A stretch of 64,000 nt of DNA from a bacterium (GTDB taxonomy: Bacteria; Cyanobacteriota; Vampirovibrionia; Vampirovibrionales; Vampirovibrionaceae), in the NCBI GenBank assembly GCA_030429585.1, contig JAUIEU010000001.1:353982-417981 (forward strand). The letters run 5' to 3'. The notes under the pieces are model-generated. The model saw only the letters and a program-made list of their open reading frames with translations. It was not told where the DNA came from and did not search any database. Each line of letters starts with the position of its first letter. Positions within the stretch are counted from its first letter, which is position 1. This document shows positions 27,234-37,611 of this stretch, one piece after another. A program made the translations under genes and the position numbers.

Positions 27234-29480
27234 TTGATGGATACCGCTGTTGAGAAAACCGAACCCACTAAGCTGGGCACCTTTGGTGGGGTGTTTACCC
27301 CCACCACGCTAACCATTCTCGGCGTTATTATGTTTATGCGGGCCAACTTTGTGATTGGCCAGGCAGGCGTGTTGGATGCCATTGTTATCCTGTGTATCGC
27401 TAAAGCCATTACTTTTTTAACCAGCCTATCTATTAGCGCGATTGCCACGAATATTCAGGTGCGGGGTGGTGGCTCGTACTTTCTTATTTCTCGGGTGTTA
27501 GGGCCAGAATTTGGCGGCGCTGTTGGCGTGTCTTTGTTCACTGCTACCGCGCTTTCGGCGCCCTTTTATGTGATTGGTTTTATTGAAGCCCTGGTGTTGA
27601 CCTTTCCTGTGTTAGAAACTTACCAGTTGTGGATAGCACTGGGGGTTACCACGCTGATTGGTGTGGTGGCCTTTGTCGGGGCTAATTGGGCTATTAAAGT
27701 ACAATATTTTATTATGACGGTGCTATTTTTGGCCATTGTGGTGGCCCTAGGAGGAAGCGCCCTTAATTTTGACCCTGAACTGTTGCAGCAAAACTTAGTA
27801 AGTGGGTACACTAGCCTTACCAACGGCAGTATGGGCACGTACTCTTTTTGGCTGGTGTTTGCTATCTATTTCCCTGCGGTTACAGGCATTGATGCTGGGT
27901 TAAATATGTCTGGGGATTTGGAGAACCCTACTAAAAGCCTGCCGTGGGGTACGCTGACGGCAGTGACAGTTGGGTTTATCGTGTATCTTGGCCAAATTTT
28001 TCTGGCTGGGGGTAGCTTTAACCGCCTGGAGATGATTGAAGCGCCATTCCAAATATTGGTGGATAATGCCCTGTTTGGCACCGGGTTTTTGGTAATTTCT
28101 GGGGTGTTTGCGGCAACGTTGTCTAGCGCGCTGGGTAGTATTTTGGGGGCACCTAGGGTATTACAGGCATTGGCTCGCGACCCTATTTTGCTATGGTTGC
28201 GGCCTTTTTCTAAGGGCGAGGGAGAGAATGACGAGCCCCAACGTGCGCTAATACTGACGTATATACTGACCTGTATTATTTTAATTTGGGCTTATACAAT
28301 TGCTGGTGGCGATGCCTTAAACGCCATCGCCTCGCTGATTGCCATGTTCTTTTTGTATACCTATGGCACTATTAACCTGGCCGCCTTTATTGAGGCCTAC
28401 GGCAGGAACCCTTCTTTCCGGCCTCGGTTTAAGTTTTTCCATTGGATTAGTGCGCTCGTTGGCGGTATTGGCTCCATTTCAGCCGCCTTCTTAATCGATT
28501 CTGGTGCGGCGATTATTGCAGCGGTTTTAATTTGTGGCCTTATTTATTATCTGTTTACTAAAAAAACGGCGGCTTCTTTTGGTGATGCGCGGCGTGGGTT
28601 TGTGTACACCGCGGTTAGAAATAATCTGCTTCGCCTTCGGCAGATGAAGACGGATGCTAAAAATTGGCGCCCAACGTTGTTGGTGTTCTCTGGTAATCCC
28701 CAATCCAGAGAAGCTTTTGTGATGTATGCTATTTGGTTGTGCTCTGGCCGTGGCATTGTGTTGTTGGTTAATATTATTACCTCCCATGCCACTAATTTGG
28801 CGGATCGGCTGCGGGGCGCCACAAGGCAGTTGGATGACTTTTGTACCGAAGAAAAAATCCAAGCTTTCCCCATGGTGTTGGCGGCAGATGACTTGTCGTC
28901 TGGTGTGTCTTTTGCCCTTCAGTCGGCTCTTTCTGGCTTAGTAAAGCCTAATGTGGCGGTGTTTGGCTGGTGTGAAGATAGCGAAAAACTACCGGAATAC
29001 ATTCAGCAACTACGCTTTGCAGATGAATTAGGCTTGAATATTGTGATTATTGAAGCCAATGAAGTGCCCAACCCGGCTTGGCAAAAACGCGTTGATATTT
29101 GGTGGCGAGGTAGCACTAACGGTAACTTAATGATGTTACTGGGTTATTTGCTCCATGATAACTGGGAGTGGGGTAAAAGCACGATTCAAGTATTACGGTC
29201 GGTGAATGATAAGGCGGGTATGGCGCCTGCCTTAGAAAATTTGAATGAAATTATTCACGATTCTCGTATTAACGCCAAGGCCAAGGTGGTGCTGGAAGCC
29301 TCTTCGTTTAAAGAGACGTTTATGGGGCAATCCCACAATAGTGATTGTGTTTTCCTAGGGTTTGCGATTCCAAAAGAAGGCGAAGAGCAGGCCTGGTACC
29401 AAAATTATAGCCAGCTGATTGGTATTGCCAAAACCACTATCTTAATTCACTCTAATGACCAAACAAATATTCTGCAATAG
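27234..29480 (+). CDS. APC-superfamily transporter of the SLC12 / cation-chloride-cotransporter-like type with C-terminal cytoplasmic domain
   Basis: 748 aa. It has 12 predicted TM segments with an amino-acid-permease signature near the N-terminus, and a soluble C-terminal domain of about 270 aa. Confidence 0.75.
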   Translation: MMDTAVEKTEPTKLGTFGGVFTPTTLTILGVIMFMRANFVIGQAGVLDAIVILCIAKAITFLTSLSISAIATNIQVRGGGSYFLISRVLGPEFGGAVGVSLFTATALSAPFYVIGFIEALVLTFPVLETYQLWIALGVTTLIGVVAFVGANWAIKVQYFIMTVLFLAIVVALGGSALNFDPELLQQNLVSGYTSLTNGSMGTYSFWLVFAIYFPAVTGIDAGLNMSGDLENPTKSLPWGTLTAVTVGFIVYLGQIFLAGGSFNRLEMIEAPFQILVDNALFGTGFLVISGVFAATLSSALGSILGAPRVLQALARDPILLWLRPFSKGEGENDEPQRALILTYILTCIILIWAYTIAGGDALNAIASLIAMFFLYTYGTINLAAFIEAYGRNPSFRPRFKFFHWISALVGGIGSISAAFLIDSGAAIIAAVLICGLIYYLFTKKTAASFGDARRGFVYTAVRNNLLRLRQMKTDAKNWRPTLLVFSGNPQSREAFVMYAIWLCSGRGIVLLVNIITSHATNLADRLRGATRQLDDFCTEEKIQAFPMVLAADDLSSGVSFALQSALSGLVKPNVAVFGWCEDSEKLPEYIQQLRFADELGLNIVIIEANEVPNPAWQKRVDIWWRGSTNGNLMMLLGYLLHDNWEWGKSTIQVLRSVNDKAGMAPALENLNEIIHDSRINAKAKVVLEASSFKETFMGQSHNSDCVFLGFAIPKEGEEQAWYQNYSQLIGIAKTTILIHSNDQTNILQ

Positions 29481-29534
29481 GTGGTGTGGCACGGTATAAT
29501 ATTGTGGCTTCGGCTTTATCTTTAGAAAGATGGT

Positions 29535-31151
29535 TTGATTATGCAGGCTCATGCCCTTGGCGACATTAATGTCCACCAAATTACCTTACTGCTAACAATT
29601 TCCGCTTGTGTGGCGGCGGTAGTGCAACGTATTAAAATTCCATATACCGTTGCGCTTGTTGTTGTAGGGTTGGGTTTAAGTTTCTTCCACCTTATTACTC
29701 CCATTGAACTGAGCGAAGAGTTGGTACTGTTTATTTTTCTGCCCGCCTTGTTGTTTGAGGCGGCCTGGAATCTGAACGTCCACTATATTAAAGAAACATG
29801 GAAAAATATTGGTTTGATGGCCACGTTGGGTGTGGTTCTTGCCATTGCCTGTATTGGGTTTGGGTTACATGCCTTGCTGCATTTGCCGTTGTTGGTTTGC
29901 TTGTTGTTTGGTGCCGTTATTGCCCCTACCGACCCGGTTAGCGTTGTGGCCATTATGAAGAAACTCCACCTGGATCACCGCCTTTCTGCCCTGGTGGAAG
30001 GCGAAAGCTTATTTAATGATGGCACCTCTGTTGTGTTTTTTAAATTGATTTTGGCTATTTTGCTAACCTTTGGCTTAACCATGACCCAAGACCAAGCGAT
30101 ACCATACTTGGGTGGCAGTGTGCTTCAGTTTTTAGGCGTTGTAGGTGGCGGTAGCATTATTGGTGGTGTGTTTGGGTATGGCTTTTCTAAAATCACCCGC
30201 TTTTTTAACGACCATTTGCTAGAGCTAACCTTTACCACCATTGCGGCTTATGGCTCCTTTTTAACGGCCGAATTAATTGGCGTCCCCGGTATTGTAAACG
30301 GGATGCATTTTAGTGGCGTTATTGCGACAGTAACCGCCGGGCTGGTAATGGGTAATTTTGGTAGGCAAACCGGCATGTCGGCGTCTACTCAAATTGTTGT
30401 ATCCAGCTTTTGGGAGTACGCCGCCTTTGCCATGAACTCGCTACTCTTCCTGTTGGTTGGGTTGGAGATTCAGCTGAGTCAGTTGGTGCACTATTGGATG
30501 CCTATAACCGTGGCTATTGTGGTGGTGGTGCTTGCGCGGGCCATTGCGGTGTACGGTTTATCGTTGTTTGCTAAGGTTACCAACATTGGTAAAATCCCCT
30601 TCAATTGGCAGCATGTATTGGTGGCTGGCGGTTTGCGTGGGGCATTATCCATGGCGCTTATTTTAAGTATTCCGCGTGGCCTGCTAGGCGAGGAGTTGCG
30701 CGAGCTGCTAATTGTGATGACCTTTGGCGTGGTGTTGTTTACCCTGTTAGTACAAGGCCTTAGTATTGGTAAATTATTGCAATGGCTTAAGCTGGGTCGC
30801 CAAGCGAATGAGCAGCAACAACAGTATGAAAAAATTAGGGCTCAAATGGCCTGTGCTTTATCCGCCTTAAAAAAGCTGGCCCATTGGCAAGCCCAAGGCG
30901 AAGTTACGCCGTTGATTGCCAATGAACTTTCTGCCCAGTTAAACACGGAACTGACGGAGTATAAGGCTAGTATCGAGGCCATGCATTTGTCTCATGCCGA
31001 ATTGGTTGCGGAAGACCGTGAAGCGGTTGAAAAACAATTGCTGGTTGTTAAAAAAGCAACGGTTACGGATATGGTTAATAATGGTTTTATGGATGAAGAG
31101 ATTGGCCAGGAGCTAAAAACAGAGTTAGATGATCGTTTGTTATCCACGTAA
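29535..31151 (+). CDS. Na+/H+ antiporter (CPA1/NhaP type) with C-terminal regulatory domain
   Basis: IAPTDPVSV (TDP) and LFNDGTSVV motifs; 538 aa. Confidence 0.85.
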   Translation: MIMQAHALGDINVHQITLLLTISACVAAVVQRIKIPYTVALVVVGLGLSFFHLITPIELSEELVLFIFLPALLFEAAWNLNVHYIKETWKNIGLMATLGVVLAIACIGFGLHALLHLPLLVCLLFGAVIAPTDPVSVVAIMKKLHLDHRLSALVEGESLFNDGTSVVFFKLILAILLTFGLTMTQDQAIPYLGGSVLQFLGVVGGGSIIGGVFGYGFSKITRFFNDHLLELTFTTIAAYGSFLTAELIGVPGIVNGMHFSGVIATVTAGLVMGNFGRQTGMSASTQIVVSSFWEYAAFAMNSLLFLLVGLEIQLSQLVHYWMPITVAIVVVVLARAIAVYGLSLFAKVTNIGKIPFNWQHVLVAGGLRGALSMALILSIPRGLLGEELRELLIVMTFGVVLFTLLVQGLSIGKLLQWLKLGRQANEQQQQYEKIRAQMACALSALKKLAHWQAQGEVTPLIANELSAQLNTELTEYKASIEAMHLSHAELVAEDREAVEKQLLVVKKATVTDMVNNGFMDEEIGQELKTELDDRLLST

Positions 31152-31189
31152 GCTGTATGGGTGTACTAAGCAATAAAGGTGGCTTTTGT

Positions 31190-31495
31190 ATGTTGAATAA
31201 ATGCGCTTTATGTATGGTTTTATGCATGACAGGTTTGTTTGTTTTTTCGCTACCCACATGGGCCGATTGCCAATATGCGAGGGATACCTACCAAGATAGT
31301 GAATATGCGTTTCGATCGGCTAAATTCAATTTGGAAAGCAGCCTGTCTAGTTTCCAAGATTGTGTTAGTTTTTCTGATGGACAGGATGACTGTAGCTCGG
31401 AGTTGCATGATACCCAGTCATTACATAATGATTTTGAAAACGAAGTGAGCAGATTGCTTTATGCTGAGCAGGACGTGCAGTTGGAATGTTGGTAA
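31190..31495 (+). CDS. small secreted Cys-containing hypothetical protein
   Basis: Signal peptide (MLNKCALCMVLCMTGLFVFSLPTWA), then an acidic domain of about 75 aa with several Cys. Start uncertain between 31157 and 31190. Confidence 0.4.
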   Translation: MLNKCALCMVLCMTGLFVFSLPTWADCQYARDTYQDSEYAFRSAKFNLESSLSSFQDCVSFSDGQDDCSSELHDTQSLHNDFENEVSRLLYAEQDVQLECW

Positions 31496-31501
31496 ATCTG
31501 C

Positions 31502-32308
31502 TTAGTCCCCTGCGCGGGTAAACACGTAGTTTGCCTCGTCAGAGAGGGCTTTAGAAAATTGGTACCCACCGCTATCAAAGTCTTTTAGGGCTTCAGGGGT
31601 TTCTACCTTTTGCTGAATCATATAGCGGGCCATCATGCCTCTGGCGCGTTTGGCAAACAGGCCAATGGTTTTAGGGGTACCCTTTTTTATATCCTTAAAG
31701 TTGCAGGTTATAAACCCGTGGGTTAGCTGCTTGGGTTGGATGGCTTTAATGTATTCGTTGGAGGCGAGGGAAATAACAGTTTTGTTGTTGTGGTCTTTTA
31801 CCCGCGCATTGCACGCGTCTGTTAGGGTGCTGCCCCAAAACTGGTAAAGGTTTTTTCCGGTGGGGTTGGTAAGTGAGGTGCCCATTTCTAGCCGGTAGGG
31901 TTGCATTAAATCGAGTGGGCGAAGCAGGCCATACAAGCCAGAGAGGATGTTTACGTGTTGCTGGGCATAGGTTATGTCATCTGCGGAAAGGGTGTCAGCA
32001 TCTAGCCCGGTATAGGTATCCCCACGAAAGGTAAGGATGGCGGGCCGTGCGTTTTGGGGGGTGAATGGTGTGGTATAGGCTTGGTAGCGCTGCTGGTTAA
32101 GGGTGGCCAAGTTTTCAGAAATACCCATCAACTCTTGGAGTTCATCAGTGGTGAGGGTTTTGGCAGTGTTGATTAAAGTTTGGGCCTGCTCTAAAAAATC
32201 TGGCTGGCTATGGTTGGGTAAATCCCAATCAGGGCCTTCGTCTAGTTTTTTAGCCGGGGATAGTAATGCCAGCATAGCGGTCGTCCTTAAACAGTAGATA
32301 TCGACCAA
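31502..32308 (-). CDS. yaaA: YaaA-family (UPF0246) peroxide-stress protein
   Basis: N-terminal MLALLSPAKKLD signature and a length of about 260 aa. Confidence 0.85.
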   Translation of the reverse strand: MVDIYCLRTTAMLALLSPAKKLDEGPDWDLPNHSQPDFLEQAQTLINTAKTLTTDELQELMGISENLATLNQQRYQAYTTPFTPQNARPAILTFRGDTYTGLDADTLSADDITYAQQHVNILSGLYGLLRPLDLMQPYRLEMGTSLTNPTGKNLYQFWGSTLTDACNARVKDHNNKTVISLASNEYIKAIQPKQLTHGFITCNFKDIKKGTPKTIGLFAKRARGMMARYMIQQKVETPEALKDFDSGGYQFSKALSDEANYVFTRAGD

Positions 32309-32362
32309 AATATAACAGGTATGCCTATGGTAGGGCTAGTGCTTTATAAGGCGGATAGCACC

Positions 32363-32403
32363 ATAAAAAAATCCCTTGCAACCATGGCAGGCAGTTGCAA
32401 GGG
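32363..32403 (-). terminator. intrinsic terminator downstream of the PEP-utilizing enzyme gene
   Basis: 10-bp stem CCCTTGCAAC/GTTGCAAGGG followed on the minus strand by ATTTTTTTTA. Confidence 0.7.
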
Positions 32404-32546
32404 GGAAATCTTGAATAATGTGTGTGGGGGAGTAGGTGGTCTTGTATGTGGGGGCATGTACATTCTGTAAAGTGAGGGTATGTATAGTATCGACCACAAG
32501 GAGCTCTTCCCTAGTAGCCAGCCTTCTATAGTGGGGCCTTATAATG

Positions 32547-35006
32547 TTACTGTTTTGACATATTTTGGGCTGATGCCCGCTGGGATAGGCCGTTACCGCT
32601 AATAAGTTCGTCGCCAGCGTTAATGGTAATGGTGTTGGCTTTAATTAACCGCTGAAAGGTTTGTTGGCCGCAGCCGATGGCGGCAGGGATGGCAAATTCG
32701 GCACATCGAATTGTCATGTGCGAATTGCTACCGCCGTACATGGTAACTAACCCAGCTATGGGGTGGGTGAAAATCCAGTCAAAACCAGGGTCGGCATTTT
32801 CAATGCAGACAATGCGCCCTGTTAGGGATTCTCGGCAAGGTTGGCGATTGGTGAGCAAAATAGGAGTGGCGGTTATGGCCTTACGGGTAACAAAGTTGGG
32901 TTTGCCGCGTTGCAGCGGGGTTACATATAAATCCCCCACATGCCGAATAATATGGCTAAGCTGCAAAGAGCGTGTCACGGCAAGCTCTTGCTGGCCTTGT
33001 TGGGCTAAGGTTTGGTATGTTTCTGAAGGGTTGGTGAGCAAGGGGTGATTGAGTGTGTTGAGTAGGGGGCTAATATGAATAAAAGAAACATCGTTGCGGC
33101 TAAGGCCGTAGTGCTGCCCCCACTGGGCCAGTAGCTCTAAACTGTTAGAAACGGTTCGCGTAAAGATGAATTTGGCGTTTTCGCGTTCGGTAATCGCCAT
33201 TCGGCAATAGTTTAGCAGTGTGTCAGTGTCTACAGAAAGCTCGGCCTTGTGAAGGGCCTGCTGAACGCGTTGACTTTCGTCATGGGTAAAGCGAAAGGTA
33301 GGTATTGTGATACTTTCATGTGGGGTGATCGTATCTGGTTGGCCAAACAATTCGTCTGTCCGCTGATCGTACCGAGGGGATAAAATATCGTAGGTGCCGG
33401 GCCGCAAGTGGCCGTAAACAGCTAAAAATTCCTCTTGTTGGTGCTTATCCCCACGAGTGGCCACTGTTAAACCGGTAGACATGGTGCGGGTAATGGTGTG
33501 GAGGGATTGGCGAAAAGCCGTTAGCCGTTCTTCGTTTAGGGCGCCTACTGCCACTAGCGAGCGAAGCATGGATTCCGCCACAAACGCATGGCGGGCAATA
33601 ACGGCAAAGGGAAAGGTACCAAATTGACGGCACTGAGAGATCCACCGGCGCAGTGTATAGAGTAGGGTGTCTGGGTTGGCAGTTTGGCTTGCGTCAGCGT
33701 GCCAGGGGTCGGCCTGTTGCAGCTTGGTTAAGGTGGCAATATCTTGTAGCGCGGTAGCTAAACTACCCCCAAGGATGAGTTGGTGGGTAAGCTGGCTGAG
33801 TGTTTGGTAGTACTGATCTCTATCGTGCGGGCTTAGGTGGTGTTGGTAACGGGCCTCTATGGTGGCACGGGTAGTGCAATCTACTGCGGTCTGGGCAATG
33901 TTAAATTCAATTTTGTCATGCCATTCTGGGTGATTGCATAATTGGTCTAGCCACTCGGTAATCAGGGTTTCGCCAATCCTATCCGGTAAATTAGCCGGTA
34001 GAAAAGAGTTAAAACTGTTGCGCACATCGATATAGGGCTTGCCTGCAATCATCACCATCAGGGCTTCGCCATCGGGGTGGCGATAGCCTAAGCTAGCCCT
34101 GGATTTTCGCCAAATGCTATCCGTAATAAGGGTGCGATACAGAGACGCCGCCAAGGGCCGAGGCGTCGTGCCAATCATCTCAGCCGGGTTCCAGTCAGAC
34201 ATTTCCGTTAGAACAGTGTGGCTCCCCAGTAGGTTGCCGCGGCGGTGGCTTTGCCGGGCAAAAAATTGCTGAATATAGGGGTATTGCCGAGCAATGCTTT
34301 CCGCAACATGGGGGTGCCAGTGGTGTTGCACGGTAATGGGTCGTACTTGCAGTACCACCAATGCATCGCTGTGGGTGTGGGCAAATTCAATATCCAGTGG
34401 GGTATCGCCAAATAATGCGTATAGCTCTTGGGCCATGGCCCACCACTTGGCCACTCTTGGCGAATCCAGCATGGTGGGCTGGCAATGGTGGTGGATAAGT
34501 ACGGTTTTGTTTACCCCAATCCCCCCTGTTATGGTATCGGTGCGCCCGGATTCATCATCATAATTAATAACGTAATAGGGGGCCCCATCCGTTAGGGTGC
34601 AAGTCGTAATCACGCCGCTTACTGCCACATTGGCTAGCATGGGTTGTATTAATACTTGTTGCGGGTCGGTGCTTTCGGTTATTTTCTCGTCGTAAGAGTC
34701 AATAACCGTATCGATGGCCGGTGAGAGTGCCTCAGCGGTAGGGGTAACATCCAATACAGAGGCAAAGGCCCCTGCCTGGCTGTGGGTTTGAGTGTCTTCT
34801 GCAGTGCTGCTGCTGCGCACTACCACGTTGCCTGTGCCAAACTGTTGGGCTACTTGGTTCATAATAAGGCTTGGTTCAGTGCGCCATTGGGCTACGGTAA
34901 ATACATAGGCGGGCAATACGGTTGCACTGTGCAGCTTACCGGCAAGTTGTTGCAGGGTTTCGCCTTTAGTACCCCACGTGGGGGCGATGTGTTGAGTAGG
35001 GGCCAT
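32547..35006 (-). CDS. PEP-utilizing enzyme (PpsA-like ATP-grasp N-domain with C-terminal phosphohistidine swivel domain; rifampicin-phosphotransferase-like architecture)
   Basis: N-terminal VVVRSSSTAEDTQTHSQAGAFASVLDV matches the PpsA VRSSATAEDLPDASFAGQ block. The C-terminal GGSNSHMTIRCAEFAIPAAIG is the PEP-utilizers mobile-domain His motif. No TIM-barrel PEP-binding domain follows it. Confidence 0.8.
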   Translation of the reverse strand: MAPTQHIAPTWGTKGETLQQLAGKLHSATVLPAYVFTVAQWRTEPSLIMNQVAQQFGTGNVVVRSSSTAEDTQTHSQAGAFASVLDVTPTAEALSPAIDTVIDSYDEKITESTDPQQVLIQPMLANVAVSGVITTCTLTDGAPYYVINYDDESGRTDTITGGIGVNKTVLIHHHCQPTMLDSPRVAKWWAMAQELYALFGDTPLDIEFAHTHSDALVVLQVRPITVQHHWHPHVAESIARQYPYIQQFFARQSHRRGNLLGSHTVLTEMSDWNPAEMIGTTPRPLAASLYRTLITDSIWRKSRASLGYRHPDGEALMVMIAGKPYIDVRNSFNSFLPANLPDRIGETLITEWLDQLCNHPEWHDKIEFNIAQTAVDCTTRATIEARYQHHLSPHDRDQYYQTLSQLTHQLILGGSLATALQDIATLTKLQQADPWHADASQTANPDTLLYTLRRWISQCRQFGTFPFAVIARHAFVAESMLRSLVAVGALNEERLTAFRQSLHTITRTMSTGLTVATRGDKHQQEEFLAVYGHLRPGTYDILSPRYDQRTDELFGQPDTITPHESITIPTFRFTHDESQRVQQALHKAELSVDTDTLLNYCRMAITERENAKFIFTRTVSNSLELLAQWGQHYGLSRNDVSFIHISPLLNTLNHPLLTNPSETYQTLAQQGQQELAVTRSLQLSHIIRHVGDLYVTPLQRGKPNFVTRKAITATPILLTNRQPCRESLTGRIVCIENADPGFDWIFTHPIAGLVTMYGGSNSHMTIRCAEFAIPAAIGCGQQTFQRLIKANTITINAGDELISGNGLSQRASAQNMSKQ

Positions 35007-35346
35007 AAGGTGTGTGGTTGTAATAAATTGTAGAGAATAAGAGCCCTGGAGGGCCTGTACACCAGTATAACATTAGGGCATATAGAGGTTACGGTATTCT
35101 TTAGGGCTACGTTAGGTGGTGTAATTACAGGTAGGGGCGTCGTTGGCCGATACAAAACTCATTTAGAATTGAACTACCGAGTACGTTATTAATAAGTGTA
35201 CTTGGGGATACACCTAAGACCAGTTAGATAGTTAGAGCCCAACACCTCCGATTGAGATGAGTTATGCAGCGCATCGGGTTACCTGTATTTGCCACATGGT
35301 TACACCGCCTGGTTGCGGTGGCGGCTAGCTGCCAGGGTAGTTTCGC

Positions 35347-37599
35347 ATGGGTAAGGGGTGGCCTATGTTAGAAGGGTTTAATCTGCTAAACACCAATACC
35401 TTGTTACTAGGTGCTATTGCGGCTTTGTTATTAATTATTTTGCTGGTTAATGTAAAGCGAAACCGTGCTGTAGCCTTGGCTAATGAGACGGCTGTTAGGC
35501 TGGCCAATAATAATACCCTGCTAGAGCTCTTAAGCATTATTTCTAATGCCACCAGTACCGAAGCCAGCGCTGAAGAATATATTGAGTTTTCGTTAGAAAA
35601 AGTATGTGAGTATATGGGCTGGCCTATCGGCCATGTGTATAAACTGGATGAAGCTACCCAGCAACTAAGCCCAATGGCCCTGTGGAAGTTAAGCGACCCA
35701 GAGCAATGGCAACCCTTTACTCAAGCCACGATGGCACTATCCTTTAAAAAAGATAGATGCTTGATTTGCCATGAAATGGCCAGCGGTAAGGTTGTTTGGG
35801 CGGATAATATTAGTGATGACCCAGAGTTTAAACGGCGGGATGTTGCACGAGAGCTGGATTTAAAAACAGGGTGTATCTTGCCTATTGTCATTAACGGGCA
35901 CGTAGCCTACGTATTAGAGTTTTACACGGAAGAGGCGGTGGCTAAATCGCCCAGCGTTGTCGAAACGCTGACCCAAATTGCCAGCCATATTAGCCGCGCC
36001 GTTAGTAAGCGCCAGTTGGAACAAAAGCTTCAGGATACAGCCAGGCGCTTTGAAGCTATCTTTAATCAAACCTTCCAGTTTATTGGGGTATTGTCGCCAG
36101 AAGGGTTGTTGTTAGAGGCAAACCAAAGTTCTTTAAAGGCATCTGGTGTAGACCCGGCTGATGTGATTAATAAGCCCTTTTGGCAGGGGCCATGGTGGGC
36201 CCATTCGGTAGAATTACAGGCGAAGCTAAGGCGTTCTATTCAACAGGCCGCACAAGGCAAATTTGTTCGGTTTGAAGCCAACCACCCGACGCCTAGTGGC
36301 GAGCTGTTAACGGTGGATTTTTCGTTAAAGCCCGTATTGGATGATGACGGCCAGGTGGTGCTTATCATCCCGGAAGGGCGGGATATTACTTACACCAAAG
36401 AGGTGGAAAAAAGCCTTATTTCCGCTAGAGAAGAAGCACTAAGTGCCAGTAAGGCCAAAGGCCAATTTTTGGCCAACATGACCCATGAAATCCGAACCCC
36501 ACTCAACGCTATTATTGGCTTTACCCAGCTATTGCTGGATAAAGACCTAGCCCCGGATGTCTATGATGATGTGAAAGTGTTGGAATCTTCTGGCAAAACG
36601 TTGCTGACGCTGGTGAATGATATTCTGGATTTATCTAAAATTGAGTCCGGTAAGATGACGTTGGAAATGGTGCCCTTTAACCTAAGCCATGCCCTTACGG
36701 AGCTGGCCAGCTTGTTTGAATACCAAGGCAGTGACTCGTTGGCATTTAACTTGGATTTATCTGGTGTGGAAACAGAACGCTTGGTGGGGGATGTGGGGCG
36801 TATTCGCCAAGTACTAACCAATTTTTTATCCAATGCGTTTAAGTTTACCAAACAGGGTAGTATTACCTTAAAAGCGTCATCTACCTTGCCTAACGAAGGT
36901 ATCTCTCGGGTGATTATTGACGTGATTGATACAGGAAAAGGGATTGATGAGGGCAAGCTAGAAACTATTTTCGGCGAATTTCTGCAAGAGGATGTGTCTA
37001 CCACTCGTCAGTATGGGGGCACAGGGCTTGGGCTAAGCATTAGCAAGCAGCTTGCGGATTTAATGGATGGCAGGATTCGGGTTAAAAGTGGTGTGGGGCA
37101 AGGGTCAACTTTCACGTTTTCCATACCATTGGCGATAGATTTAACGGTAGAAGAGCCAGGAAAAGACGATTTATCCAACCCTACGGTGGATTATGAGAAC
37201 TTGCAGGTGTTGTTGGTAGAAGATAATATTTTGAACCAAAAAGTAGCCCAACGGTTATTAGAAAAATTTGGCGCTACGGTCACGATAGCGTCTAATGGGT
37301 TGGAGGCGTTGGCGGTAGAGGATTACCACGCTTACCAAATTATTTTTATGGATTGCCAAATGCCAGAAATGGATGGGTTTACTACCACCCGTGCACTGCG
37401 CCATCAGGGGGTTAAAACTCCTATTATTGCTTTAACGGCCAACACCACCTATGAAGAACGTGAGAAATGCATGATGGCGGGGATGGACGCCTTTATGACA
37501 AAGCCTATACAACAGAATGAGCTGGTTGCTATGATTAACCACTGGGTACAGCCAGAGGCTGTCACCCTTCAGCGTGATAGGAGTAGCAGCTCCGGTTAA
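35347..37599 (+). CDS. hybrid sensor histidine kinase / response regulator (TM, GAF, PAS, HisKA, HATPase, REC)
   Basis: H-box [11 protein letters not shown]2 box [13 protein letters not shown], and a C-terminal REC domain ([10 protein letters not shown] ... [11 protein letters not shown]). Confidence 0.9.
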   Translation: MGKGWPMLEGFNLLNTNTLLLGAIAALLLIILLVNVKRNRAVALANETAVRLANNNTLLELLSIISNATSTEASAEEYIEFSLEKVCEYMGWPIGHVYKLDEATQQLSPMALWKLSDPEQWQPFTQATMALSFKKDRCLICHEMASGKVVWADNISDDPEFKRRDVARELDLKTGCILPIVINGHVAYVLEFYTEEAVAKSPSVVETLTQIASHISRAVSKRQLEQKLQDTARRFEAIFNQTFQFIGVLSPEGLLLEANQSSLKASGVDPADVINKPFWQGPWWAHSVELQAKLRRSIQQAAQGKFVRFEANHPTPSGELLTVDFSLKPVLDDDGQVVLIIPEGRDITYTKEVEKSLISAREEALSASKAKGQFLANMTHEIRTPLNAIIGFTQLLLDKDLAPDVYDDVKVLESSGKTLLTLVNDILDLSKIESGKMTLEMVPFNLSHALTELASLFEYQGSDSLAFNLDLSGVETERLVGDVGRIRQVLTNFLSNAFKFTKQGSITLKASSTLPNEGISRVIIDVIDTGKGIDEGKLETIFGEFLQEDVSTTRQYGGTGLGLSISKQLADLMDGRIRVKSGVGQGSTFTFSIPLAIDLTVEEPGKDDLSNPTVDYENLQVLLVEDNILNQKVAQRLLEKFGATVTIASNGLEALAVEDYHAYQIIFMDCQMPEMDGFTTTRALRHQGVKTPIIALTANTTYEEREKCMMAGMDAFMTKPIQQNELVAMINHWVQPEAVTLQRDRSSSSG

Positions 37600-37611
37600 A
37601 GCGTTAGGAGG

